DNA of 42,966 nt from Eubacteriales bacterium (GCA_045532675.1 JAZSGJ010000102.1:1-42966); one strand, 5' to 3'; positions 27,766 through 38,241 are shown, counted from the first letter of the stretch. A program made the numbers and translations. The notes: a model not told the origin generated them from the letters alone.

Positions 27766-29599
27766 AAATAATTTTATGAACGGTCCCGTCTCACAGAATC
27801 CGAACAAACATTCACTTGAGAAAATTGACAAAAAAAGAGCTAAGGGTATACTTATTCGCCTTGGAAAGTACGTTCTCAAAGAGTGGTATTTATTCATTCC
27901 GGCTATAATTATGACGCTTCTCTCAAACCATCTTGCTCTTCTCGGACCGCAGTACTCGGGTGCGGCACTTGATGCCATTGAGCTTGAGACAGGAGTCGAT
28001 TTTCCTGCGGTTTTTGAAAACGTTATATATATGATAGTCTGTTATGCCGTATCAGCTGTATTCTCTTATCTCCTTGCGGTTGTTATGGTTCACCTTTCTC
28101 AGAGAATTGTACGTAAAATGCGTAAGCAGGTTTTTGAAAAGCTGAATACTCTTCCTGTTGGATATTTTGATACGCATCCTACTGGAGATATTATAAGCCG
28201 TATGTCTTATGATATAGACACGCTTAACAGCACTCTTTCTCATGACCTTGTGCAGGTGCTCACAAGCCTTTATACCGTCATAGGCTCACTTGTCTTTATG
28301 TGGAAAATATCAAAACCCATGATACTGATTTTTGCCCTTACCGTTCCGGCGTCGATAATTTTTACAAAATACCGTTCAAAAAAGGTAAGACCGCTTTTCA
28401 GAGAAAGGTCAAGGAAGCTCGGTGAGCTTAACGGATACGCAGAAGAGATGTTTTCCGGTATCGGAACTATATCGGCTTACGGAAAGCAGGATGTTATCGC
28501 AGAGCGGTTTAATAAACGCAACGAAGATGCGATGGAGGCTTATTATAAAGCGGATTATTACGGCTCTGCTATGGGACCTGCGGTAAACCTTATAAATAAT
28601 ATATCTCTCTCACTTGTGGCTATGCTTGGCGGAATACTTTATATGCTTTCAATGAGCGGCAGAGTGGAGGAGGGCGGACTCTTTTTCATAACACTTGGCG
28701 GCGTTGCGATGTTCGTTCAGTACTCGAGAAAATTTTCGGGTCCTATCAATGAGTTTGCAAATATAATTCACGAGTTCCAATCAGCTTTTTCCGCGGCAGA
28801 GCGAGTGTTCAGGGTGATTGACGAAGAGTCTGAGCCTAAGGACGTCGAGGATGCCATGTGTCTTGAGACTGTCGGAGGTCTTGTTGAATTTGACAGCGTA
28901 ACTTTTGGATATATTCCCGAAAGAAAGATTCTTAAGGATGTTTCGATAAGGGCAGAGGAAGGAAAAACCATAGCTATCGTCGGTCCTACCGGCACCGGAA
29001 AAACCACAGTTATAAATCTACTTATGAGGTTTTACGATGTCGATTCGGGAGAAATTCGGCTTGACGGAATCCCGATTGAAAATATTAAAAGAAGTGATTT
29101 GCGCAAGGCTTATACGATGGTTTTGCAGGATACCTGGCTTTTTTCCGGCACTATATACGAAAATATAGTATACGGTAAGGAAAATGCGACACGGGATGAG
29201 GTGTACGAAGCTGCGAAGGCGGCGAGAATACATAACTTTATTGAGAGCCTTCCCGACGGATACGATACCGTACTTTCCGATGACGGAATAAATATTTCAA
29301 AGGGACAAAGACAGCTTATAACCATAGCCCGTGCGATATTATCGGATGCTCCGATGCTTATTTTGGACGAGGCAACCTCAAACGTTGACTCAAGAACGGA
29401 AATGAAAATTCAGGAAGCGCTTGGTGAGCTTATGCGCGGCAGAACCTGTTTCGTTATAGCGCACAGACTTTCTACCATACAGAATGCAGACACGATTTTG
29501 GTTGTCAGAGACGGAAGAATTACAGAATCGGGAAATCATGACGAGCTTATGCGCCTTGGTGGCTTTTACAGCACACTTTACAATTCTCAGTTCGTTTGA
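27758..29599 (+). CDS. Heterodimeric multidrug-type ABC exporter, subunit with the consensus site
   Basis: TM domain plus GPTGTGKT, ISKGQRQ, LDEATSNVD and AHR. Confidence 0.92.
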   Translation: MSRNNFMNGPVSQNPNKHSLEKIDKKRAKGILIRLGKYVLKEWYLFIPAIIMTLLSNHLALLGPQYSGAALDAIELETGVDFPAVFENVIYMIVCYAVSAVFSYLLAVVMVHLSQRIVRKMRKQVFEKLNTLPVGYFDTHPTGDIISRMSYDIDTLNSTLSHDLVQVLTSLYTVIGSLVFMWKISKPMILIFALTVPASIIFTKYRSKKVRPLFRERSRKLGELNGYAEEMFSGIGTISAYGKQDVIAERFNKRNEDAMEAYYKADYYGSAMGPAVNLINNISLSLVAMLGGILYMLSMSGRVEEGGLFFITLGGVAMFVQYSRKFSGPINEFANIIHEFQSAFSAAERVFRVIDEESEPKDVEDAMCLETVGGLVEFDSVTFGYIPERKILKDVSIRAEEGKTIAIVGPTGTGKTTVINLLMRFYDVDSGEIRLDGIPIENIKRSDLRKAYTMVLQDTWLFSGTIYENIVYGKENATRDEVYEAAKAARIHNFIESLPDGYDTVLSDDGINISKGQRQLITIARAILSDAPMLILDEATSNVDSRTEMKIQEALGELMRGRTCFVIAHRLSTIQNADTILVVRDGRITESGNHDELMRLGGFYSTLYNSQFV

Positions 29600-29610
29600 T
29601 ATAAAATCTA

Positions 29611-29639
29611 TTGATTTTTTCTTCGTGTTAGTGTATAAT
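29611..29639 (+). promoter_or_regulatory. Sigma-A promoter of thiI
   Basis: TTGATT-17 bp-TATAAT. Confidence 0.65.
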
Positions 29640-29667
29640 AGTAGGTAATAATTTATTGGAGTTTTTT

Positions 29668-30858
29668 ATGATCAGTGAAGTTATACTTTGTAAATACGGT
29701 GAGATAGTTCTTAAAGGAGCTAACAAACAGAATTTCGAATCCTATCTTATAAAGGAGCTTCGGCGTCGCGCGAGTCCCTACGGAGTGTTTAAGATATCCT
29801 GCCGTCAAAGCACTATATATGTTGTGCCGCAGAATGAGTTTTGCGATATGGACGGCATGTACGAGGCGGCTCGTCGGGTTTTCGGTATAATTGCTGTTAA
29901 CAGAGCTGCCGTGTGCGAAAAAACGATGGAGAGCATAGTTGAAACTGTAAGAAATTATCTTCCCGAAAAGCTTGATGGAAAGCGCACCTTTAAGGTCGAT
30001 GCGCGCCGCGCCGATAAGAAATTTCCGCTTACGACACCTGAAATTTCACGTGAGGTGGGCGGAATTATCCTCTCACTTGTGCGGGGAATTAAGGTTGACG
30101 TTCACAATCCCGAGGTTACAGTTACCGTTGAGGTGCGTGACGAGAACGCATTTGTCAGAGCGGGGCAGGAGCCCGGAGCGGGCGGACTTCCGCTAAGAAC
30201 GGCGGGAAGAGGATTGCTTCTTCTTTCCGGCGGTATCGATTCACCGGTTGCGGGCTGTATGATGGCGAAGCGCGGAATGGAGATTGAGGCATTACACTTT
30301 GAATCATTTCCTTATACATCGGAGCGGGCAAGGGAGAAGGTAATGCAGCTTGCTGAACAGATGTGTCAGTTCTGCTCGAAAATACACGTTCACGTAATCT
30401 CGCTCACACATATACAAGAGGAGCTTCGGGACAAATGCAAGGAAGAGTACTTTACTATACTTCTTCGCATCTTCATGATGCGGCTTGCAGAAAATTGTGC
30501 AAGGCAATATAAATGTGGCGCACTTATAACCGGTGAAAGTCTCGGTCAGGTTGCATCGCAGACTCTTGAAGCAATAGGAGTTACCGATTCGGTTGTCAAT
30601 ATTCCGGTGTTCCGCCCTTGCATCGGCCTTGATAAAAACGAGATAGTTAGAGAGGCGCGCCACTACGGCACATTTGAAACCTCCATTCTTCCTTACGAGG
30701 ATTGCTGTACGGTATTCACACCTCGCCATCCCAAAACGCATCCTAAATTTGAGGACGTTATGGCTGAGCTCGCAAAGGTGGATTTCGACGCTTTGTTTGA
30801 AGAAGCTTATGAGTCTATGACAACAGAGGTTAAGCTGATATTTCCCGAATACAGATAG
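29668..30858 (+). CDS. thiI: tRNA 4-thiouridine synthase ThiI
   Basis: KYGEIVLKGAN, THUMP domain, SGGIDS PP-loop, GESLGQVASQT, PYEDCC. Confidence 0.96.
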   Translation: MISEVILCKYGEIVLKGANKQNFESYLIKELRRRASPYGVFKISCRQSTIYVVPQNEFCDMDGMYEAARRVFGIIAVNRAAVCEKTMESIVETVRNYLPEKLDGKRTFKVDARRADKKFPLTTPEISREVGGIILSLVRGIKVDVHNPEVTVTVEVRDENAFVRAGQEPGAGGLPLRTAGRGLLLLSGGIDSPVAGCMMAKRGMEIEALHFESFPYTSERAREKVMQLAEQMCQFCSKIHVHVISLTHIQEELRDKCKEEYFTILLRIFMMRLAENCARQYKCGALITGESLGQVASQTLEAIGVTDSVVNIPVFRPCIGLDKNEIVREARHYGTFETSILPYEDCCTVFTPRHPKTHPKFEDVMAELAKVDFDALFEEAYESMTTEVKLIFPEYR

Positions 30859-30873
30859 ATGTTTAAAAAGCAA

Positions 30874-30911
30874 TGAGAGCTTGGTGGGTGATTGCCGGGC
30901 TCTCACTTTTT
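30874..30911 (+). terminator. Intrinsic terminator after thiI
   Basis: TGAGAGCTTGGT...GCCGGGCTCTCA stem followed by CTTTTT. Confidence 0.7.
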
Positions 30912-30980
30912 GAAATGTGGTTGAATCATGTTACGTAAAAATGTTTTAACTGTAAAGAATTAAATATTTTAAATAATATC

Positions 30981-31009
30981 TTTACAAAAGGAATATTATG
31001 TGATAAAAT
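30981..31009 (+). promoter_or_regulatory. Sigma-A promoter of the rsuA-tex operon
   Basis: TTTACA-17 bp-TAAAAT with extended TG. Confidence 0.65.
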
Positions 31010-31041
31010 ATTAAGGTAATTGCCATGAGGGACGGTGTGAT

Positions 31042-31752
31042 ATGCGTTTAGATAAATTTATATCTGAAATGGGGCTTGCGTCGAGAAAGGAAGCTGCTAT
31101 TGCCGCAAAACGCGGTCAGCTTTTGGTTGACGGTGCGCCCGAGCGCGACACTTCAAAGCATATTGACCCCGAGCGACAGACGGTGACATTTATGGGACGC
31201 GATGTGCTTTACCGACGGTACACTTACGTTATGCTTAATAAACCCGAGGGCTACGTAAGCGCAACCGAGGATTCAAGGCTTCCGGTTGTTACTGAGCTTC
31301 TTCCGAAGGAGCTAAGGCGTCAGGAACTTTTTCCTGTCGGAAGGCTTGATATGGATACAGTCGGACTCATGATTCTCACGAATAACGGGTCGCTTGCCCA
31401 CATGCTTCTTTCACCGAAGCGCCACGTTGAAAAGGAATATGTTTTTGAATGTGACGAGCCTTTACCCATTGGTGCAGAGGATTCGTTTAAGGTGGGAATA
31501 ACGCTTCGTGACGGGTATGAATGCAAGCCTTCGGAGCTTCATTGCGAGGCGGGCAGAATGCGCGGAAGAATAGTTCTTACCGAAGGTAAATATCACCAAA
31601 TAAAGCGCATGATAGCCTCGTTTGACAATCGCGTTACTTATCTTGAGCGGGTTAAATTCGGTGGAATACCGCTTGATGTCTCGCTTGCCCGCGGTGAATG
31701 GAGATATCTTACCGACGGGGAAATAAAGCTTCTCGAAGAGAAGACGAAATAA
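31042..31752 (+). CDS. rsuA: rRNA pseudouridine synthase (RsuA family)
   Basis: MRLDKF S4 domain, NKPEG, GRLD catalytic Asp, EGKYHQIKRM. Confidence 0.9.
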   Translation: MRLDKFISEMGLASRKEAAIAAKRGQLLVDGAPERDTSKHIDPERQTVTFMGRDVLYRRYTYVMLNKPEGYVSATEDSRLPVVTELLPKELRRQELFPVGRLDMDTVGLMILTNNGSLAHMLLSPKRHVEKEYVFECDEPLPIGAEDSFKVGITLRDGYECKPSELHCEAGRMRGRIVLTEGKYHQIKRMIASFDNRVTYLERVKFGGIPLDVSLARGEWRYLTDGEIKLLEEKTK

Positions 31753-31798
31753 TCAGCTTATAATTAAAGTTTATAATCCATACGGAAGGAAAAATATA

Positions 31799-33997
31799 AT
31801 GGACATTTTAAAGACACTTGCCAATGAATTTAATATCAAAGAGGAGCAGGTTGAAAAGACCGTTGAGCTTATTGATGAGGGTAATACTATACCCTTTATT
31901 TCAAGATACCGTAAGGAAGTTACGGGAAGCCTTGATGACGCTACACTCCGCGACCTTAACGACAGACTTCAGTATCTTCGTAAGCTTGAGGAGCGCAGAG
32001 AAGAGATTTCTTCTCTTATTGAGGCGCAAGAGAAGCTCACGCCCGAAATCACCCTTGCGTTAAATAACGCTACGACTCTCGTTGAGCTTGAGGACATATA
32101 CCGTCCCTTCAAGCCGAAGCGTACAACACGCGCATCTATAGCGAGAGCAAAGGGGCTTGAGCCTCTTGCAAATTATATACTTGAGCAGCGTGACGTATAC
32201 GACATTGCCATTGACGAATACGCAAAGGAATTTATCTCAGAGGAGGAGGGCAAAGAAGTACCCGATGTCGCTGCGGCTTTACAGGGCGCGTCCGATATCA
32301 TTGCGGAGGACGTTTCTAACAACGCCGAGATAAGAAAGCTCCTTCGCGAATTTACTATGAGCTATGGCTCGCTTACGACTAAAGCAGCTAAGGAAGAGCC
32401 CTCGGTTTATGAAAATTATTACGAGTTCTCAGAGCCGATTAAGAAACTCAAGGGTCACAGAGTCCTTGCTATAAACAGAGGTGAAAAGGAAGACTTCCTC
32501 AAGGTTGCCGTAACTCTTCCGGAGGAGGATGGAATTGCTCAGCTCGTATCAAAGGTTGTAACAAGCAAGGAGTCCGCAGCGCTTCCTTATATTATGGCGA
32601 CGCTCAAGGACGCTTACGACCGTCTTCTTTTTCCCGCTATTGAAAGAGAGGTAAGAACCTCACTCTTTGACGACGCGTCAGAGGGCGCACTTAAGGTGTT
32701 TTCAGAAAATCTTCGTAACCTTCTTCTTGTTTCTCCCATAAAAGGAAAAACGGTGCTTGGCTATGACCCCGGCTACGGTCACGGATGTAAGCTTGCGGTC
32801 GTTGATAAAACGGGTAAGGTTATGGATACCGCGGTTATATATCCTTTCCGCTCAAAAGACAGAGTGAACGAGGATGATCTTGAAAAATCTAAGGCAATAG
32901 TTCTAAAGCTTGTTATAAAGAATAAGGTTGATATAATCTCAATAGGAAACGGAACGGCATCTCGTGAGTCGGAGAAATTTATTGCAGAGCGCGTTATACG
33001 CGACCCCTCGTGTCCTAAGGGAGTTAAATATACGATAGTTTCCGAGGCGGGAGCATCGGTTTATTCCGCATCTAAGCTTGCCACTGAGGAATTTCCGGAT
33101 TTCGATGTTATGCAGAGAAGCGCTATTTCGATTGCAAGACGTCTTCAGGATCCCCTTGCAGAGCTTGTTAAGATAGAGCCTAAGGCGATAGGTGTCGGTC
33201 AGTATCAGCACGATATGAAGCAGGCAAGACTTACAGAGGCACTTGGCGGCGTAGTTGAGGATTGCGTTAACGGTGTCGGCGTTGACATCAATACGGCGTC
33301 CTATGCGCTTCTTTCTTACGTTTCCGGTATCAATCTTACAGCAGCAAAGAATATAGTTGCTTACAGAGAAGAGTACGGAGAATTCAAGTCAAGAAAGCAG
33401 ATACTCAAGGTTCCGAAGATTGGTGAAAAAGCGTTCACGCAATGCGCGGGCTTCCTTCGTATTCCCGGAGCTGACGAGGTATTTGACTGCACGGGAGTTC
33501 ATCCCGAGTCCTACACAATAGCAGAGGATCTTCTCAAGCGATTCGGCTTCACGACGGAGGACGTGACAAATAATAATCTTGCGCTTCTCAGATTCAAGGT
33601 TCAGCAGTACGGACTTGCTAAGCTTGCAAAAGAGCTTGGATGCGGTGAGCCTACCCTTGAGGATATTATAGGAGAGCTTGAAAAGCCCGGCCGCGATATC
33701 CGTGACGATGCTCCCGCTCCCATCCTTTCGACAGATGTTCTCGATATAAACGACCTTAAGCCGGATATGCTCCTTAACGGAACTGTAAGAAACGTGGTTG
33801 ATTTTGGTTGCTTCGTTGACATCGGTGTTCACCACGACGGACTTCTTCATATTTCCGAGATGAGTGACAGATATATCAAGCATCCCTCTGAGCTCTTTAA
33901 GACGGGTGATGTAATTGAAGTAAGAATTAAGGACGTTGACGTTGCAAAACACAGAATCTCCCTCACCCGTAAGGGCATGGGCGACGTAAAGAAATAA
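31799..33997 (+). CDS. tex: Tex RNA-binding transcriptional accessory protein
   Basis: GNTIPFISRYRKE, GNGTASRE, SEAGASVYSAS, IGVGQYQHD, C-terminal S1 domain. Confidence 0.96.
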   Translation: MDILKTLANEFNIKEEQVEKTVELIDEGNTIPFISRYRKEVTGSLDDATLRDLNDRLQYLRKLEERREEISSLIEAQEKLTPEITLALNNATTLVELEDIYRPFKPKRTTRASIARAKGLEPLANYILEQRDVYDIAIDEYAKEFISEEEGKEVPDVAAALQGASDIIAEDVSNNAEIRKLLREFTMSYGSLTTKAAKEEPSVYENYYEFSEPIKKLKGHRVLAINRGEKEDFLKVAVTLPEEDGIAQLVSKVVTSKESAALPYIMATLKDAYDRLLFPAIEREVRTSLFDDASEGALKVFSENLRNLLLVSPIKGKTVLGYDPGYGHGCKLAVVDKTGKVMDTAVIYPFRSKDRVNEDDLEKSKAIVLKLVIKNKVDIISIGNGTASRESEKFIAERVIRDPSCPKGVKYTIVSEAGASVYSASKLATEEFPDFDVMQRSAISIARRLQDPLAELVKIEPKAIGVGQYQHDMKQARLTEALGGVVEDCVNGVGVDINTASYALLSYVSGINLTAAKNIVAYREEYGEFKSRKQILKVPKIGEKAFTQCAGFLRIPGADEVFDCTGVHPESYTIAEDLLKRFGFTTEDVTNNNLALLRFKVQQYGLAKLAKELGCGEPTLEDIIGELEKPGRDIRDDAPAPILSTDVLDINDLKPDMLLNGTVRNVVDFGCFVDIGVHHDGLLHISEMSDRYIKHPSELFKTGDVIEVRIKDVDVAKHRISLTRKGMGDVKK

Positions 33998-33998
33998 T

Positions 33999-34892
33999 AT
34001 GTTCGGATACGTAAAGCCTGTCGCACCGGAGCTTCTCGTCAAGGATTACGAGTTTTATCGCGCTACCTACTGTGGCATCTGCCGCTCTATGAAAAAGCAC
34101 ACGGGTGCGCTCTCAAATATGACGCTCAGTTATGACAGTGTGCTTCTCGCACTCGTGAGAATGCTTTATATCCCTGATTCCGAAATATCCGCAAAGAAAA
34201 AAAGATGCATCGCGCATCCTATGAAAAAACGGTGTATGCTGAATGAAAATTCCGCTATAGAGTATACGGCACGAGCTTTTGCGATACTTACTTATCATAA
34301 GGTGCTTGACGATATTGCGGACGAGGGACTTAGAAAAAGGATGATACTTTCCACAGCAAAGCCTATAGTTGCGTCGGGAGCTAAGCGTGCGGACATAAAA
34401 GAACTCTCGGAAATCATTTCGGGAAAGCTTCACAAAATAAGAATTCTTGAAGAGAAAAAGACGCCAAGCGTTGACGAGCCTGCAGCACTTTTCGGTGAGT
34501 TGCTCGGTGAAGTTTTTTCACATGGTCTTTCGGGTGACGGTGAAAAGATATGCCGTGAGTTCGGGTATAGGCTCGGAAGATTTATATATGCGGCTGATGC
34601 TGCGGAGGATTATGAGGAGGACAGAGTAACGGGAAAATATAATCCTTACGTTCTTCTTTACGGAGGGAATCCGCTTACCGATGAGAATAAAAAATCCATA
34701 AAATGCGCTCTTATCTGTGAGTGCAGAGGCATGGAGGCAGCGGTAAATCTTATGCCGTTTAACAACAGATATACAGTTGAGAACATAATTAAAAACATTA
34801 TATATCTCGGTCTTATTAAAAGAATAGAATTCCTTGACGGTAATGCCAAAGAGGAAAACGAAAATATGACATCTTCGAATTTTCCTGAGTAA
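33999..34892 (+). CDS. DUF5685-family protein
   Basis: MFGYVKP...YRATYCGICR...LSYD N-terminus as recalled for this family; Asp-rich motifs. Confidence 0.8.
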   Translation: MFGYVKPVAPELLVKDYEFYRATYCGICRSMKKHTGALSNMTLSYDSVLLALVRMLYIPDSEISAKKKRCIAHPMKKRCMLNENSAIEYTARAFAILTYHKVLDDIADEGLRKRMILSTAKPIVASGAKRADIKELSEIISGKLHKIRILEEKKTPSVDEPAALFGELLGEVFSHGLSGDGEKICREFGYRLGRFIYAADAAEDYEEDRVTGKYNPYVLLYGGNPLTDENKKSIKCALICECRGMEAAVNLMPFNNRYTVENIIKNIIYLGLIKRIEFLDGNAKEENENMTSSNFPE

Positions 34893-34920
34893 GAATAAGC
34901 GAGAATGAAGGAGAAAAATA

Positions 34921-35550
34921 TTGAAAGACGCATATGAGGTCCTCGGCGTTTCAAAAAACGCGACGGACGAAGAAATTAAAAACGCATATCGAGAGCTTGC
35001 GAGAAAGTATCACCCCGATAATTATTCGGACGATAATCCCCTAAAAGACCTTGCAAGCGAGAAAATGCAGGAGATAAACGCGGCATACGATGAGATACAG
35101 AAGATGCGCGCGTCGGGAAAATCAAATAACCAAAAAGGTAATAATTATTATACGGGTTCAACATCGGGCGTTTACGGTGAGATAAGAAAAAAGATAAACG
35201 CGCGCCGTTTCAGAGATGCGAACGAGGAGCTTTTCAGGATTCCCGACGTCGATCGAGGCGCTGAATGGCATTATCTTGTGAGCGTTGTTCTTATGAGTCA
35301 GAACAGAGTTAACGATGCTATGCGCGAGCTTGAGATAGCCTGCACTATGGATCCCGGAAATATAGAATATCAAAAGGCTAAGGAAATGTTCAACAACACC
35401 GCAAACGGATACGGAAGCACCTATTACGGCGGCGGATATAACCAACGCCCGAGGTCATCTTCTGACGACGCCTGCAATTGCTGCGCAAATCTTCTTTGCA
35501 TGGACTGCCTTTGCGAGTGTATGGGCGGAGATCTAATGCCCTGCATATGA
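34921..35550 (+). CDS. J-domain protein with a TPR-like segment and Cys-rich tail
   Basis: YEVLGV...KYHPD; AEWHYL...MDPGNIEY; tail [25 protein letters not shown]. Confidence 0.9.
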   Translation: MKDAYEVLGVSKNATDEEIKNAYRELARKYHPDNYSDDNPLKDLASEKMQEINAAYDEIQKMRASGKSNNQKGNNYYTGSTSGVYGEIRKKINARRFRDANEELFRIPDVDRGAEWHYLVSVVLMSQNRVNDAMRELEIACTMDPGNIEYQKAKEMFNNTANGYGSTYYGGGYNQRPRSSSDDACNCCANLLCMDCLCECMGGDLMPCI

Positions 35551-36071
35551 GAAAAACAAAAAAAATAACGCTCAGCGCTATGATAGTCGCGCTGAGTACG
35601 GTTTTTATGGTGCTTGGCGCTGTCATTGAGGTGCTTGACCTCTCGGTTTGCGCTCTTGCGTCTCTTCTTGTTTGCTTTGTTTATATTGAAATTGGCTCTC
35701 CTTACACCTGGCTCGTTTGGCTGTGCACGTCTCTTACAACGTTCGTGTGCTTCCCGGGCAGCATTGTATGGATGGAATATTTCCTCATTTTCGGGATATA
35801 TCCCATACTCAAGGCCTATATAGAAAAGCTCCCGCGGAAAATATGGATAATAGCGAAGCTCTTGTTTATTAACGCTATCATATGGGTGCTTATATTCGCC
35901 GTCGAGCTTATACTCTGCGCCCCCTTTTTCGCTGTGGATAAAGTTTGGCTTAAGGCGGCTATATATGTTCTTATGAACGTAGCGTTTATTGCTTACGATT
36001 TGTTTATCACAGTACTCGTGCGGGTCTATTTTGAAAAATTCAGACCGAGATTTAAAAATTTACTTAAGTAA
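35547..36071 (+). CDS. Hypothetical integral membrane protein
   Basis: Start reassigned to the ATG at 35547 (ATGA overlap with the J-protein stop); several hydrophobic helices. Confidence 0.78.
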   Translation: MRKTKKITLSAMIVALSTVFMVLGAVIEVLDLSVCALASLLVCFVYIEIGSPYTWLVWLCTSLTTFVCFPGSIVWMEYFLIFGIYPILKAYIEKLPRKIWIIAKLLFINAIIWVLIFAVELILCAPFFAVDKVWLKAAIYVLMNVAFIAYDLFITVLVRVYFEKFRPRFKNLLK

Positions 36072-36098
36072 AAATTCTTAAAACAACGGAAAGAAAAA

Positions 36099-37433
36099 AT
36101 GACAAAAGTTGGTTTTATATCCCTCGGATGCTCAAAGAATCTTGTTGACACCGAGGTAATGTTAAGAAAGCTTCACGATGCGGGATTTGAAATTACTCCC
36201 GATGAGACGGAGGCAGAGATAATAGTTATAAACACCTGCGGATTTATAGAGAGCGCAAAGCAGGAGGCTATTGACAATATACTTGATGCGGCAAAGCTCA
36301 AGGAATGGGGCAAATGTCGCCATATAATTGCCACGGGGTGCCTCGTTGAAAGATACCGCGAGGAAGTTATGAATGAGCTGCCGGAGATTGACGCTCTCGT
36401 AGGAGTCGGAAGCATATCGGATATTGCCGAGGCTTGCGAGGCGATTATGCGCGGGGAAAAATATACATCGTTCAAGGATAAAAACACCTCGAAGCTCGGC
36501 GGTGACAGAATACTTACGGCAGACGAGCATTCGGCATACCTTAAAATAGCCGAGGGCTGTGATAACAAATGCACATACTGCGCGATACCTCTTATACGAG
36601 GTAAATTCAGAAGCAGAACGGTTGAGGACATTGTAGCTGAGGCGCGAGACCTTGAGGCGCTCGGTGTCAAGGAGCTTAACCTCATAGCGCAGGACACCTC
36701 ACGGTACGGACTTGATATATACGGGGAATACAGTCTTGCAAAACTTGTCAGAGAGATTTGCAAGGCAACCGATATTCCATGGATTCGTCTGCTATACTGC
36801 TATCCCGATAAGATCACAGATGAGCTTATAGAGGAAATGCGGAACAATCCGAGACTTCTTAAATATATGGATATTCCGATTCAGCATATATCCGACAGCG
36901 TGCTTTCGCGAATGAACCGCCACGGAGGAAGGGATCTTATATGCGAAACTGTGAAAAAGCTTCGCGAAAGAGTGCCCGGTGTTATACTTCGCACAACTGC
37001 AATGGTAGGATTCCCCGGTGAGACCGAGGAGGATTTCACAGAGCTTTGCGAGTTTATAAAGGAAGCGAAATTTGACAGATTCGGCGCGTTTACCTACTCA
37101 GAGGAGGAAGGAACGGCAGCCGCTGAGTTTGACGGAAGAGTTGACCCGCAGACAAAGCAGGACAGATATGACATACTTATGCAGACTCAGCTTACCGTCA
37201 CTGAGGAGCAGAATGAATCTAAAATAGGTAATACGTATACCGTTATTTGCGACGGATTTGACACTGTTGCCGAAATATATTACGGTCGCTCATATCAAGA
37301 TGCGCCCGATGTTGACGGAAGAGTTTACTTCACTTCAAAGAAAAAAGTCGATGTGGGACAGTTCGTTGATGTCAAAATTACCGAGGCAATTGATTATGAC
37401 CTCGTAGGATGCAGAGTTGAAAATTATAATTGA
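36099..37433 (+). CDS. rimO: Ribosomal protein S12 methylthiotransferase RimO
   Basis: SLGCSKNLVD, NTCGFIESAKQE, CDNKCTYC radical-SAM motif, APDVDG TRAM domain. Confidence 0.96.
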   Translation: MTKVGFISLGCSKNLVDTEVMLRKLHDAGFEITPDETEAEIIVINTCGFIESAKQEAIDNILDAAKLKEWGKCRHIIATGCLVERYREEVMNELPEIDALVGVGSISDIAEACEAIMRGEKYTSFKDKNTSKLGGDRILTADEHSAYLKIAEGCDNKCTYCAIPLIRGKFRSRTVEDIVAEARDLEALGVKELNLIAQDTSRYGLDIYGEYSLAKLVREICKATDIPWIRLLYCYPDKITDELIEEMRNNPRLLKYMDIPIQHISDSVLSRMNRHGGRDLICETVKKLRERVPGVILRTTAMVGFPGETEEDFTELCEFIKEAKFDRFGAFTYSEEEGTAAAEFDGRVDPQTKQDRYDILMQTQLTVTEEQNESKIGNTYTVICDGFDTVAEIYYGRSYQDAPDVDGRVYFTSKKKVDVGQFVDVKITEAIDYDLVGCRVENYN

Positions 37434-37448
37434 AGGGAATGCTTTAAA

Positions 37449-38048
37449 ATGAAAAAATCTTCTATGAATATACCGAACACACTTTCTCTCATACGAGTGT
37501 GTTTAGTTCCGATTTTCGTTGCTACGCTTCTTTTTATGCGTAACATTGGGATTTGGGGCTTCGTTGTACCGGCGATAGTTTATATTCTCACCGGACTCAC
37601 TGATATGCTTGACGGAAAGATCGCGAGAAAATATAACCTTGTTACTGATTTCGGAAAGTTTATCGATCCTCTTGCAGACAAGTTTATGGTGCTTTCCTCT
37701 ATGATAACAATTCTCGTGTGGATGCTTCTTCGAGGAAATACTACGCTTGCACTCGTTTTCGTATGGGTAGTTCTTATCATACTTCTCCGTGAGCTTGGTG
37801 TAACGAGTTTGAGACTTGTGGTTGCCGGTAAGAGCGGCATAGTGGTTGCGGCAAGCATGCTTGGAAAGATTAAAACGGTTTCACAGATGGCGGGAACGGT
37901 AATTCTTATCGTCGAGCCCATGATTCCTTTCTTCTCGGAAAATCATATTCTTTCATACGCCGCAATGGCAATTATGGCATTCACAACGCTTTTCTCGGGA
38001 ATTGATTATCTTAAGGCTTATCTTCCTCACATTGATTCAAATAAGTGA
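37449..38048 (+). CDS. pgsA: CDP-diacylglycerol--glycerol-3-phosphate 3-phosphatidyltransferase
   Basis: NIPNTLS, TDMLDGKIARK...FGKFIDPLADK, GKIKT; follows rimO. Confidence 0.94.
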   Translation: MKKSSMNIPNTLSLIRVCLVPIFVATLLFMRNIGIWGFVVPAIVYILTGLTDMLDGKIARKYNLVTDFGKFIDPLADKFMVLSSMITILVWMLLRGNTTLALVFVWVVLIILLRELGVTSLRLVVAGKSGIVVAASMLGKIKTVSQMAGTVILIVEPMIPFFSENHILSYAAMAIMAFTTLFSGIDYLKAYLPHIDSNK

Positions 38049-38082
38049 TAAATCGAATATAAGTATAAATGGGGTGTCACAA

Positions 38083-38241
38083 ATGCAAACCTATTACCAC
38101 CGGAATCTCGCACGCGACGCGGTAACCAGTATTTACCTTCACACGACGGTTGCCAACAGAGATAAGAACGCAGAGGAATTTACCCTTGACGTTTACGACC
38201 TTCGTCCCATCGTGAGCGATATGATGAGCATTTTGAGATAA
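38083..38241 (+). pseudogene. Short ORF (52 aa), probable gene remnant
   Basis: ATG after GGGGTG; protein-like composition; no recognised family. Confidence 0.3.

Noticed and set aside
33389-34042. 217-aa ORF antisense to tex, and similar antisense ORFs over thiI, rimO, pepF and the ABC genes
   Set aside because: They overlap well-supported genes on the opposite strand and show no family motifs.
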